From Candidatus Eiseniibacteriota bacterium (GTDB lineage Bacteria > Eisenbacteria > RBG-16-71-46 > JABDJR01): a stretch of 64,000 nucleotides of DNA. The stretch is taken from NCBI GenBank assembly GCA_963762255.1, contig CAVXKA010000003.1:256001-320000 (forward strand), in the 5' to 3' direction. Shown here in pieces: positions 47,244 to 56,752 of this stretch. Positions within the stretch are counted from its first letter, which is position 1, and the number at the start of each line of letters is the position of its first letter. Position numbers and translations under genes: made by a program. The notes under the pieces are model-generated. The model was not told where the DNA came from and made no database searches. It saw only the letters and a list, made by a program, of their open reading frames with translations.

Positions 47244-49009
47244 CTAGTACTGCTTGGGGAAGTAGAGGAGCGAGATACCGAGGCTGGACACGTCCGCGTT
47301 CGCGTCGGTGGCGCCCTGCGCCACAAGGTAGAAAGTCGCGAATCCCTTCTCCACCGGGTAGAGCCGCTGCGAGAAGAGCGGCGCGCACTGGCGCACACCG
47401 ATCATCCCGAGCACCCGGTAGTTCAGTCGGGCCAGGCTGTCGAGAGTCCCCCCTCCCTGGACACCGAGAACGAAAGCACCAGCTCGCTGCCCGAACTGAG
47501 CGCCTCGATGCACCCCTGGCCGCTGCCCACCGCAAGCACGTACCCGTCGGCGGGAATCGTGATCGTCCGACTGAGCACGGTGACGGCCGACGTGCTTAGA
47601 TTCTGCGGGAGCAGGCTACCGGCGTAGGTGGCTCCGGGCACGTCGTCGAAGTCGGACAGATGAAGCGCGCCGGGGGCGATGTCGGCGCCGGTGATGGAGC
47701 TGTCGCGGATGGTGCGGCTCGTCACCGCGCCCGTGGCCAGCACCATGCTGTCCACCGATGCGGGGGCCAGCGCGACGCGATGTACCGCGCCCGCCGCGAG
47801 GTCAGTCGATGCGATGCCGCCGGCCTTGACGTGTGTGGAGTCCACCGAGGCCGGCGCGAGCTGAGCCGATTCCACCGTGCCCGCGCTGATGCGATTCCCG
47901 GCCACGCTCCCGGCGATGAGCCGGTCTCCGCTCACGCTCGAGGGAGCGAGGTCGCTCCCGGTGAGCGAAGCGTCCTCAACATGAGCCCCGGTGACGGCAT
48001 CGAGCGGCAGGCGCTCGGCGGCAAGCGTGCCGGCAGTCAGCTCCGACGCATCCACGGTCTTGGTGTGATGCGCCGAGGGGTTGGCGGCGTGGGCGAGGAG
48101 CTCGTCCTCGCGCGCCAGACCGGCATGCGCTGCCGCGCTCGTGTCGTGGGCGGCGAGCTCGGCATCGAGCGCGTACTGCGGATGATCGTCGTCCTCGAGC
48201 CCGGTCAGGTCACCGTGATCGTCCACCCCTCCCCCGTTGTCGGTGTCGTCCGCAAACCCGGTGGGGACACCTACGAGGTTCTCCCAGTTGACCAGGTTCT
48301 TCCCGGTGTTGGGACCCGCGCCCGAGCTCTCAGCGAGATCGGCCTCGCGGGCATACTGCGGATGATCGTCGTCCCCGAGTCCGGTGAGCAGCCCGTGATC
48401 GTCGGCGCCGGCGTCCACGCCGTCCGCGATCCCCTCGGGAACGCCGTTGAGGTTGTTCCAGTGGAGACGATTCGACCCCTGGTTGGGAGGATTGCCGTCG
48501 TTGACCGAGAGCGCGGCCGCCGTGCCCTTGAGCTCGAACTCGTCGGCGCTCTTCCCGCCCAGTTTCTCCGCTTGCAGCGCGTAGGGAACGCTGGCCAGGC
48601 GCAGCCGCGGGCTCATCTCCTCTCCGCCGTTGACGAGAACGGTCAGGTAGCGCACGTCGGAGCTGAAGGCTTCGAACGGGAAGGTGACGAGGGATCCCAG
48701 GAGCACCGAGGCGACGCCGTCCCGGAGCTCGACCCCGGTATGGGTCTCGGTCCAGATGACCGTTCCCGCCGTCGCGGCATTGTAGAGACGGAACACGAGG
48801 TTCACCGGTCCGGCGAGCGGCGTGCCCGAGGTCTGCGTGAAGCGCCCCTGGTAGTTGATGACGATCGGGGCCGTGGCCGGCGCGGCGGCGATCGAGATCT
48901 CGGGAGGCGCGGTCCCGTCCGCCACTTCCGGCCTCGGCGCGTCCTCGGCGTGCGCCGGCAGGGCGAACAACATCGCGACCGCGAGCACTAGAGCGGAAAT
49001 CCTTGGCAT
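47244..49009 (-). CDS. Secreted fibre-like repeat protein A; frameshift at G6 run near 47450
   Basis: Signal peptide, INYQGR domain, two 60-aa repeats with DDHG.LTGL.DDDHPQY, 10-aa periodic repeats; C-terminus continues in the 47244..47513 frame. Confidence 0.7.
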
Positions 49010-49054
49010 GGTCTTCGTACGTCCTCTCGGCCAGTCCGCGCGCAGAACGCGCGA

Positions 49055-50578
49055 TCAGTACGGCCGGCTGATCGTGTAGCTGACCCTCACCGCCAGGAGA
49101 CGCAGGTCTTCTCCCTGCGGCTCCTCCGGGAACACGGCGGTGAGCCAGTAGACGCGGTCCGCGTTGTCCACGCCGGTCTCGGCGATCGTCAGGTCAGGGG
49201 TGGTCGTCCACACAGGCCCCTGACCGCCGGTCTGCACGGACGCGAGCTTCGACGCCTCTCCGGTCCCCACGCGGGCGCGCCAGAGCGCGATCTCGGCGAA
49301 CCCCGCGCTGTTGTCCCAATAGGTGACGTTGAACCCGGCGATGGCGGTGATCGTCGCCCCCTGCGGAAGCTGCACCGGCGCGGTGAACTCGTTCTCCGCC
49401 CCCGCATTGTCGACGTCGTCGACGAAGATGTAGCCCAACCCGGCTCGAACGGTGTACTTCCCGGTCGGTGTGGCGGGGCGAAACGCGGCGCCCGCCACGA
49501 CGACGTGCCCGGTCTGCGCTTGAAACGTGGGCAGCGACTGGAGCACGAAGCGCGAGTCGTAAGCGCTCCCCGAGAAGTACGACGGCGCAAGCCCGACGGA
49601 CGAGCCGGCGATCTGCAGGCCGGCCCCCGGCACCACCGAGAGGGTGACGTCTCCGGAGATGCCGCCGCCGGTCAGTCCCCCTCCCGAGATCACGCCGGTG
49701 ATGTCCCCGGCGGGAAAGGCCAGGTCTTCCTGAAGGATGGTACGGTTGGCGATCTTGAGGCTGGTCACGGTGCTGTCGGCGAGGTCGTCCGCAGTGATGC
49801 TTGCGTTCTTGATGTCCACGCCGGTGAGGGTCGCGTCGCGAACGTCGGCGCTGCGCACGCTGTCGTCCAGGATGTTGTCGCCCGTGATCGTCTCGATCGC
49901 GATCTCGTTGCCGGTGAGCGCGCGCGTCTTGACGTGGCTTGCGTCGAGCGTGCGCGCGGCTAGATCCGCGCCGGTGAGCGTGCTGTCGATCACGTCCGAC
50001 CCGGTGATGGGATCGCCTCCGCCGCTCCCGCCGTCATCCAGGCCGTCGGCGAACCCCTCGGGCATTCCCGCCAGATTGTCCCAGTGCACCCGGTTCGAAC
50101 CCTCGTTGGGGGGCGTCCCGTCCGAGGCCGCGAGCGCGCCCGCGACCGCCGTCGCCGCGCCGGCGGCGTCGAAGTCCGCAGCGTCCATGCCGTCGAGCCG
50201 GTCCGCTTCCATGGCGAACGGCACCGAGGCCACGAGAAGCCTCGGCGTGAGCGCCTCGCCGTTCACGCGAATCTCCATGTAGCGCGCGGGCGCTGCGAAC
50301 GCCTGCTCGGGAAACGCGGTCGTGCCGCCGAGCAGCATCTCGGCCACGCCGTCGCGCAACGCCACGCCGCCGTGGGCCTCCGTCCAGATCGGCGTCCCGC
50401 CTGCGGGCTCCGCGTAGATGCGAAACTCGAGGTTCACCGTATCGGTGATCGGCGCGCCCGCGGTATCGGTGAAGCGTCCCTGATAGTGGATGAGGGTGGG
50501 CACCGAGGCCGCGTGCGCGGCCGTCGGGAGCGCAAGCAGCAGCGTGGCGGCCAGGATTCCTCGGAGCGCGTGTCTCAC
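49055..50578 (-). CDS. Secreted fibre-like repeat protein B (paralog of A)
   Basis: Signal peptide (AHA), IHYQGRFTD..PR..ASVPFA domain, PNEGSNRVHWDNL.G.PEGFADG.D, 10-aa repeats, GDITGV..GGGLTGGG. Confidence 0.75.
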   Translation of the reverse strand: MRHALRGILAATLLLALPTAAHAASVPTLIHYQGRFTDTAGAPITDTVNLEFRIYAEPAGGTPIWTEAHGGVALRDGVAEMLLGGTTAFPEQAFAAPARYMEIRVNGEALTPRLLVASVPFAMEADRLDGMDAADFDAAGAATAVAGALAASDGTPPNEGSNRVHWDNLAGMPEGFADGLDDGGSGGGDPITGSDVIDSTLTGADLAARTLDASHVKTRALTGNEIAIETITGDNILDDSVRSADVRDATLTGVDIKNASITADDLADSTVTSLKIANRTILQEDLAFPAGDITGVISGGGLTGGGISGDVTLSVVPGAGLQIAGSSVGLAPSYFSGSAYDSRFVLQSLPTFQAQTGHVVVAGAAFRPATPTGKYTVRAGLGYIFVDDVDNAGAENEFTAPVQLPQGATITAIAGFNVTYWDNSAGFAEIALWRARVGTGEASKLASVQTGGQGPVWTTTPDLTIAETGVDNADRVYWLTAVFPEEPQGEDLRLLAVRVSYTISRPY

Positions 50579-51342
50579 GGCAGCATCACCACCTTCTGAA
50601 CATCACGTCGGGCCCCCGCCTGCACTTCGAGGAAGTAGAGGCCGTGGGCCAGCTCCTCCGGCGCGCGCACGGTGACCGCGTGGGTGCCGGCCGGCTTGGC
50701 GCCGAGGTCCTTCGCCGTCACCAGCGCGCCGCGCACATCGTAGAGCCGCCAGGCAACCTCGGCGTCGCGGGGGAGCGTGAACGCCAGCTCGAAGGCTCCT
50801 CGGAAGGGATTCGGCCGCGCGGGAAGCACCCGCAACACGGCGGAGACCGGGGTCTCGTCGAGGCTCACCGGCCAGGGTCCCAGGGTCTCCTGTTCGCCGC
50901 TGCGCAACCATGCAACGAGGCGATATCGATAGGAGGCGCCCGGCGTCACGTCGGAGTCGCGATAGGTGTGCGGGCCTGGACCGGCGAAGCGCGCGTCCAG
51001 CGGGGCAAAGGTGTCCCCCTCGGCGCCGTCCGCGCGCTCGATGCGGAAATCCACGATACCGGCGTCGTCGGGAGCCGACCACGCGAGGGTGACCGCGCCG
51101 TCGGCGGCGGTGATCTGGAGCGAGACGAGGGCGACCGGGGTCGGGATGGAGACCCCGTAGAGGAGGCCGGACCCGACCACGGTGGCCCCTGCCCCGGAGA
51201 GCCCGCTTATGGGCGCCCCGAGCACGTCGTGAACCTGGATCGCGCCCGCCGAGCGGACGCCGCCGCCCGCGTCGAGGCCGCCCCCCGCCCGAGCGGGCAC
51301 GGGGAGAAGAAGAGCAAGGAGGACGGGGATGAACCAGCGCAT
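50575..51342 (-). CDS. Secreted protein with Fn3-like domain and FlgD/T9SS-like C-terminal domain
   Basis: Signal peptide (ARA), PVALVS..VTLAW..YRD..V.PG..Y.YRL, RPNPF..F.LP..LYDVRG.LV..GLYF. Confidence 0.75.
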   Translation of the reverse strand: MRWFIPVLLALLLPVPARAGGGLDAGGGVRSAGAIQVHDVLGAPISGLSGAGATVVGSGLLYGVSIPTPVALVSLQITAADGAVTLAWSAPDDAGIVDFRIERADGAEGDTFAPLDARFAGPGPHTYRDSDVTPGASYRYRLVAWLRSGEQETLGPWPVSLDETPVSAVLRVLPARPNPFRGAFELAFTLPRDAEVAWRLYDVRGALVTAKDLGAKPAGTHAVTVRAPEELAHGLYFLEVQAGARRDVQKVVMLP

Positions 51343-51424
51343 GCGTTTCAGTCCAGGGTAAACGTTGGGCCGGTGCCGGGTGGGGAGCAAAGCACGGATA
51401 GTTTGAGTTTTGGCCCGCCCCATG

Positions 51425-51973
51425 TCAAGGCGAGGGGGAATCCTCGCTTTCCGTCCCCATGCTGGAAAGCGCCTCGCGCACCGTCCCGTAGTTGAACCCC
51501 CGCCGCAGGAGGAACTGCTCCGCCTTGCGCCGGATCTCCGCGGGGGGGCGCCCCGAGAGGCTCCGCAGCTTCGAGGCCACCGCGCGCCTTGCGGCCTCGA
51601 CGGGATCCTCCTCCTCGGCCACGTCGCCGAGCACACGATCGGCGATCTCGCGCGCGATCCCCTTCTTGAAAAGCTCGGCCTCCAACGCGCGGCGGCCGCG
51701 GGGGCGGGTGCGCTGGCGTGACGCCACGAAGGCACGGGCGAAGGCCTCGTCGTCGACGAGGCCGACTTCGGCCAGGCGGTCGAGCACCGGCGCGGAGGTC
51801 TCGCGGTCCACTCCCTTGCGCTGCAGGGACAGCTCCAACTCGCGGCGGCTGTGCATGCGCCGCTCCAGGGCGCGCAGGCAGATCTCGCGCGCACGGTCTT
51901 CGGAGCGCGGATCGCGGTCGGCGGGAACAGAAACGCCGGCGGAACGGGGTGAGCGTTCACGCCGGCGCATCAT
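51425..51973 (-). CDS. recX: Regulatory protein RecX
   Basis: R.HSRRELE..L.RKG, GLVDDEAFA, RG...L..ELFKKGI, FLLRRGF; directly downstream of recA. Confidence 0.9.
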   Translation of the reverse strand: MMRRRERSPRSAGVSVPADRDPRSEDRAREICLRALERRMHSRRELELSLQRKGVDRETSAPVLDRLAEVGLVDDEAFARAFVASRQRTRPRGRRALEAELFKKGIAREIADRVLGDVAEEEDPVEAARRAVASKLRSLSGRPPAEIRRKAEQFLLRRGFNYGTVREALSSMGTESEDSPSP

Positions 51974-51999
51974 GTTATCCAGTCTCGGGGCGGCGGGCG

Positions 52000-53115
52000 C
52001 TAGGCCCGCGCGCGGGCCCCGCGTTTGCCGTTGGTGGGCTCGTCGTCGTCGCCGTCCGCGTCGGCATCTCCCGCGTCCGTCGCGGCGGCCGCCGCCGGCT
52101 TCGATGCGGCCGGGGGCGGGGCCATGGCCTCCCGGACCCTCACCTCGAGTTCGTCGAGGGTCGCGGGGTGCTCCTTGAGGAACAGACGCGCGTTCTCGCG
52201 TCCCTGACCCAACCGTTCGCCCTTGTAGGAAAACCACGTCCCCGACTTCTCGAGAATATTCTTCTCCACCGCGATATCGAGGACCTCGCCGCTGCGCGAG
52301 ATGCCCTCGTCGTAGTAGATGTCGAACTCCGCGGTCTTGAACGGGGCGGCCATCTTGTTCTTGGCCACCTTCACCTTGACCCGGTTCCCCACCACGTTGT
52401 CGCGCTCCTTGATGCTGGCGATGCGACGGATGTCGAGCCGCACCGAGGCGTAGAACTTGAGCGCGTTGCCACCGGTCGTCGTCTCCGGATTACCGAACAT
52501 GACCCCGATCTTCATGCGAAGCTGGTTGATGAAGATGACGCAGGTGTTGGACTTGGCGACCGAGCCGGTGAGCTTGCGCAGCGCCTGGCTCATGAGCCGG
52601 GCCTGCAATCCCACGTGGCTGTCCCCCATCTCGCCTTCGATCTCGGCCTTGGGCACCAGCGCCGCGACCGAGTCGACCACCAACACATCCACCGCGTTGG
52701 AGCGCACGAGTTGGTCGGCGATCTCGAGCGCCTCCTCCCCTGTGTCCGGCTGGGAGACGTGAAGATCGTCCAGGTTCACGCCGATGGTCTGCGCGAACTC
52801 GGCGGGGAACGCATGCTCCGCGTCGATGAACACGGCGGTGCCGCCGAGCTTCTGCGCGCGGGCGACAATGGTGAGCGCGAGCGTGGTCTTGCCGCTCGCC
52901 TCCGGGCCGTAGATCTCCACCACGCGTCCGCGGGGAACGCCGCCGATGCCCAGGGCCAGGTCGAGGCCCAGCGATCCGGTGGGGATCGAGGGGATCTTCA
53001 CCGCCGCTCGCGCCGAGCCCAACTTCATGATGGATCCCTTGCCGTACGCCTTCTCGATCTGCGAGACGGCAAGCTCGAGCGCCTTCGCCTTCTCCTTGCT
53101 GGTTCCTTGACTCAT
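52000..53115 (-). CDS. recA: Recombinase RecA
   Basis: [49 protein letters not shown]. Confidence 0.98.
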   Translation of the reverse strand: MSQGTSKEKAKALELAVSQIEKAYGKGSIMKLGSARAAVKIPSIPTGSLGLDLALGIGGVPRGRVVEIYGPEASGKTTLALTIVARAQKLGGTAVFIDAEHAFPAEFAQTIGVNLDDLHVSQPDTGEEALEIADQLVRSNAVDVLVVDSVAALVPKAEIEGEMGDSHVGLQARLMSQALRKLTGSVAKSNTCVIFINQLRMKIGVMFGNPETTTGGNALKFYASVRLDIRRIASIKERDNVVGNRVKVKVAKNKMAAPFKTAEFDIYYDEGISRSGEVLDIAVEKNILEKSGTWFSYKGERLGQGRENARLFLKEHPATLDELEVRVREAMAPPPAASKPAAAAATDAGDADADGDDDEPTNGKRGARARA

Positions 53116-53269
53116 ACCCTGCTCCACCTTCGTGCCAATTACGGCGTCTATGGTCATGGTCGTCACTCCTCGACGGGCGTCACCACAAGACGGGTGCGTG
53201 CACCGACGGGCGTGCGTGAGTTGGCGGGAGAAGTCGGATGAAACTGTTTCCTGATGGGGTCTGAAGAGG

Positions 53270-53875
53270 CTAGGAGGTGGGGGCCGCCTTGTCAAGCCGG
53301 CTCTGGTGCATGACCTCGTAGATCGAGCCCCTGGGATCGAGCGTGCTCTTGATCACGCCGACCCGCTCGACGGTGAAGGCGGCGATGGGGCCCACCGCCT
53401 GGCACGCAACCTTGAGCGCATCCGGATCGAGGCCGTGAGAGTCGCGCCAGCGGCCGAGCGTGAGGTGCGCCTTGAACGGTTTGTCCGCCTTGCCGAGCCG
53501 CGCGTCGCGGAATCCATGTTCGAGAGTGCGGGCGAGCGCTTCGAGGGTCGCGCTCCCCCTGCAGCAGCCGACCCAGAAGACGCGCGGTGACCTCCAGTTG
53601 GAGAAGACGCCGCAGCCGTGGAGTTCGATCTCGAAGGGAACGGCTGCGGCGCAGGTTTGTTGAAGGACGGCGCCGGCGCGGTCGACTTCCTCCTGCGTGA
53701 GATCGCCGAAGAAGCGCAGTGTGAAGTGAAGGTTGCGGCGAGCGGTCCAACGCAGACCGGGGAGCTGGGGTTCGAGCCGTTGCTTGAGCTGGTCGAGCGC
53801 GCCGAGCACATCGTCGGGCGGGAACACCGCGACGAAGGTGCGAAGGGTGGCGGTCTGAGGTCCGGTATCCTTCAT
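53270..53875 (-). CDS. thpR: RNA 2',3'-cyclic phosphodiesterase
   Basis: Two HxT motifs (HFTLRF, HLTLGR), RTFVA, PRVFW; upstream of recA. Confidence 0.9.
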   Translation of the reverse strand: MKDTGPQTATLRTFVAVFPPDDVLGALDQLKQRLEPQLPGLRWTARRNLHFTLRFFGDLTQEEVDRAGAVLQQTCAAAVPFEIELHGCGVFSNWRSPRVFWVGCCRGSATLEALARTLEHGFRDARLGKADKPFKAHLTLGRWRDSHGLDPDALKVACQAVGPIAAFTVERVGVIKSTLDPRGSIYEVMHQSRLDKAAPTS

Positions 53876-53893
53876 GAATCTCGCGCCGGCGTG

Positions 53894-54397
53894 CTACTTG
53901 CTGCCGCGTTGCGTCATCAGCTCCAGGTCTTCCAGGAGGCTCTGCAGATCCTCTTCGTGCTCGACTTCCTGCTCGAGAATGGTGAGCGCCATGTTGTACG
54001 TCACCATGTCCTTGTCCTTCGTCGCATCCATCAGCCCCTTGTACGCCGTGATCGCGCACTGCTCGCCGGCGATGTTCTGTCTGAGCAGGACGGCCACGTA
54101 GGAATCCTCGGGCGCGTCGTACTTGCACGGGCTCAGCGCGCTCCACTCTTGCGGCGTAAGAACGGGGGTTCCGCCGAGCTGGATGATGCGGTTCGACACC
54201 AGGACCGCGTGATTCAACTCCTCGGTCGCATGCAGGGTCAGCTCTGCGGCAACGGCATCCTTCATCGGACCCTTGATGAGCTTTGCGCCGAGCCAGTACT
54301 GGTAGTAGGCGAGCCACTCGCTCGCGTAAGCCTGATTGAGCAGCTTGAGGAGCTGATCGATATCCATGCCGATGATCTCACGACCTCGAGTACCCAT
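53894..54397 (-). CDS. Ferritin-like (DpsL/bacterioferritin-type) protein
   Basis: EWLAYYQYW, EELNH, RIIQLGG, EQCAI..Y, EVEHE di-iron ligands. Confidence 0.88.
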   Translation of the reverse strand: MGTRGREIIGMDIDQLLKLLNQAYASEWLAYYQYWLGAKLIKGPMKDAVAAELTLHATEELNHAVLVSNRIIQLGGTPVLTPQEWSALSPCKYDAPEDSYVAVLLRQNIAGEQCAITAYKGLMDATKDKDMVTYNMALTILEQEVEHEEDLQSLLEDLELMTQRGSK

Positions 54398-54442
54398 TTC
54401 TCCCCTCTCCTTCCGGCGAGTGCCTGCCTCGAACACGGTGAT

Positions 54443-54480
54443 CCCCGGCGGCCGGCGGAAAAAGCCGCCGGCTGCCGGGG
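54443..54480. terminator. Long GC hairpin between the peptidase and ferritin genes
   Basis: CCCCGGCGGCCGGCGG-AAAAAG-CCGCCGGCTGCCGGGG, 16-bp stem. Confidence 0.45.
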
Positions 54481-54496
54481 CGCAGTCGATTCGCGT

Positions 54497-56569
54497 CTAG
54501 CGCAACATCGTCCACAGGTAAGCGAACTCCAGAGCCTTGATCTCCGCCTTCTGGCGGTTGGTCGTTCCCGAGCCGTGGCCCCCTTCGATGTTCTCGAAGT
54601 AGTAGACGGGATGCCCCATCTCCATCATCCGCGCCACCATCTTGCGGGCGTGGCCGGGATGGACGCGATCGTCTCGCGTCGTGGTCCAGAAAAACACCTT
54701 GGGGTACTTCACGTCACGCTTCACCAGTTGGTACGGCGACCAGGTCTGAATGAACTTCCAGTCCTCGGGAACGTCGGGGTTGCCGTACTCGGCCATCCAG
54801 CTCGCGCCTGCCAAGAGCTTGTTGAAGCGCTGCATGTCCAGCAGGGGGACCTGGCAGACCACCGCCTTGAACAGGTCGGGTCGCATCGTAAACGTCCCCC
54901 CGACAAGCAGGCCGCCCTGCGATCCGCCCATGATTCCCAGGTGCTCCGGCGTGGTGATCTTGCGGGCGATCAAATCCTCGGCAACCGCGATGAAGTCCTC
55001 GAACGACTTGATGCGGTTCTCGCGCAGCGCCGCTTCATGCCACCGAGGGCCGAACTCGCCGCCGCCGCGGAGATTCGCCAGGACGAACACGCCGCCCCGC
55101 GCGAGCCAGCCAGCGCCGTTGGTGCCGGAATAGTACGGTTCCATGGAGACCTCGAAACCGCCGTAGCCGTAGAGGAGCGTCGGGTTCTTGCCGTCGGCTT
55201 TGAAGTCCGGGGGGGTGACGAGGAAGTAAGGGATCTTGGTCCCGTCCTTGGAGGTCGCTTCGTGCTGGACGACCTTCATGCCGTCGGCCGGGAAGAACGC
55301 CGGCAGCGACCGGAGCTTCTCCTGCCGGCCGTTCTGGACGAGATAGAGCGAGCTTGGCGTCAGGAAGTCCTGGTACGTGAAGAAGAACGCCTCGTTGTCG
55401 GCCGCCGTACCGGACACGCTGACGGTGCCCATCCCTGGCAACGGCACGTCCTCACGGCTCCAGGTGCCGTTTTCGAATGCGAGCCGGACGAGGCGGGACT
55501 GCACGTTGTCGAGCGTGCTCATCAGGACGCGATCCTTGGTCGTCGCCAGGCTCGAGAAAGAAACCTTCTCCGAAGGCTCGAACAGAATCTCGAAGGTCGC
55601 CCCGCCTTTCAGCACATCATCCAGGTCGCCCGCGAGCAACGCGCCCTGCGGGTACGTGGCCTTGCCAACCGTCCAGTCGCTGCGCAGCGTGAACAGAAGC
55701 TGATTGCGGAAGATGCCCTGGAACTGGGCGTCCAGCGGAATCGGCACCTGCACGAGGCCGTCCCCCACGCTCAGATACACGTCGGCTTTGAAGAACTCCG
55801 GCGCGCGGACGATGACCTGGTAGGTTCGTTCCGCCGTTTCGACGGAAGTCGGGGACACGTAGGTGTCCTCGGGCCGACCCTCGAAGATCGTGCGGGCTTC
55901 AGTGAGCGGCGTGCCGCGCTTCCACTCCTTGACGATGCGCGGATACCCCGACGGAGTCATCGAACCCTCGCCGAAGTCCGTGGCGACCCAGAGTGTGTTC
56001 GCGTCCTTCCAGATGGTCTCCTGTTTGCCCACCGGCAGCGTGAAACCGCCCGACACGAAGGCCTTGTCCACGAGATCGAACTCGCGCATCTCGACGGCAT
56101 CGCTGCCGCCCGGGGAGAGCGAGACGATACAGCGGCGATAGTCGGGCGGGAGCACCGAGCGTCCCTTGTAGACCCACTGCTTGCCCTCCGCCTTGCACAG
56201 CGCATCGATGTCGAGCACGGTTTCCCATTCCGGCTGCGCGGTCCGGTAGCTGGCGAGTGTCGTGCGGCGCAGGATGCCTCGCTCGTGCCCAGGATCCTGC
56301 CAGAAGTTGTAGAGGAAGGCCCCCTCCTGGCCGGGCATGGGGATGCGTTCCTTCGAATCCATGATCTCGAGACACCGATCGAGGATGGGCGAGTATTCGG
56401 GGACGGCGCCCAACTCCCGGGTGGAGACGGCGTTTTGCGCCTTGACCCACTCGATCGCGCGCGGGCCGTCGACTTCCTCGAGCCACAGGAACGGATCGCT
56501 CTCACCGGCGATTGCCGCCGAGGCGGCCAGCCCGAGAATCACCGTCACCGCGCAAAAAATCCGGTGCAT
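54497..56569 (-). CDS. Prolyl oligopeptidase (S9A), secreted
   Basis: Signal peptide, DPFLWLEE, YGYGGF, RGGGEFGP.WH, GGSQGG, DDRVHPGH, GGHG. Confidence 0.95.
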   Translation of the reverse strand: MHRIFCAVTVILGLAASAAIAGESDPFLWLEEVDGPRAIEWVKAQNAVSTRELGAVPEYSPILDRCLEIMDSKERIPMPGQEGAFLYNFWQDPGHERGILRRTTLASYRTAQPEWETVLDIDALCKAEGKQWVYKGRSVLPPDYRRCIVSLSPGGSDAVEMREFDLVDKAFVSGGFTLPVGKQETIWKDANTLWVATDFGEGSMTPSGYPRIVKEWKRGTPLTEARTIFEGRPEDTYVSPTSVETAERTYQVIVRAPEFFKADVYLSVGDGLVQVPIPLDAQFQGIFRNQLLFTLRSDWTVGKATYPQGALLAGDLDDVLKGGATFEILFEPSEKVSFSSLATTKDRVLMSTLDNVQSRLVRLAFENGTWSREDVPLPGMGTVSVSGTAADNEAFFFTYQDFLTPSSLYLVQNGRQEKLRSLPAFFPADGMKVVQHEATSKDGTKIPYFLVTPPDFKADGKNPTLLYGYGGFEVSMEPYYSGTNGAGWLARGGVFVLANLRGGGEFGPRWHEAALRENRIKSFEDFIAVAEDLIARKITTPEHLGIMGGSQGGLLVGGTFTMRPDLFKAVVCQVPLLDMQRFNKLLAGASWMAEYGNPDVPEDWKFIQTWSPYQLVKRDVKYPKVFFWTTTRDDRVHPGHARKMVARMMEMGHPVYYFENIEGGHGSGTTNRQKAEIKALEFAYLWTMLR

Positions 56570-56752
56570 GTTGTCTCTCTCCTTGGCAAAAGGGAAAGGT
56601 GAGGGGAAGCGCATTCTATCACTCGGCTGCGAGCTGTGGGGAGCGCGCGGCGGGCTTCCGACGAACGGATAGCGCCCTTTTCGTCGCTCTGATAGCATCT
56701 TCGGTCGGTTCCGGGATACCGAGCAGCATCTGTTGGAAGGAGTCGTTCAGAG

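Noticed and set aside
47244-51342. Prophage tail region
   Set aside because: The proteins carry signal peptides, and no capsid, terminase, baseplate or integrase genes flank them
53618-56602. 994-aa plus-strand ORF and similar long ORFs (2267..4234, 42732..44786, 45558..47627, 61383..63956)
   Set aside because: Antisense or off-frame shadows of well-supported genes, expected at this GC content; no recognisable motifs
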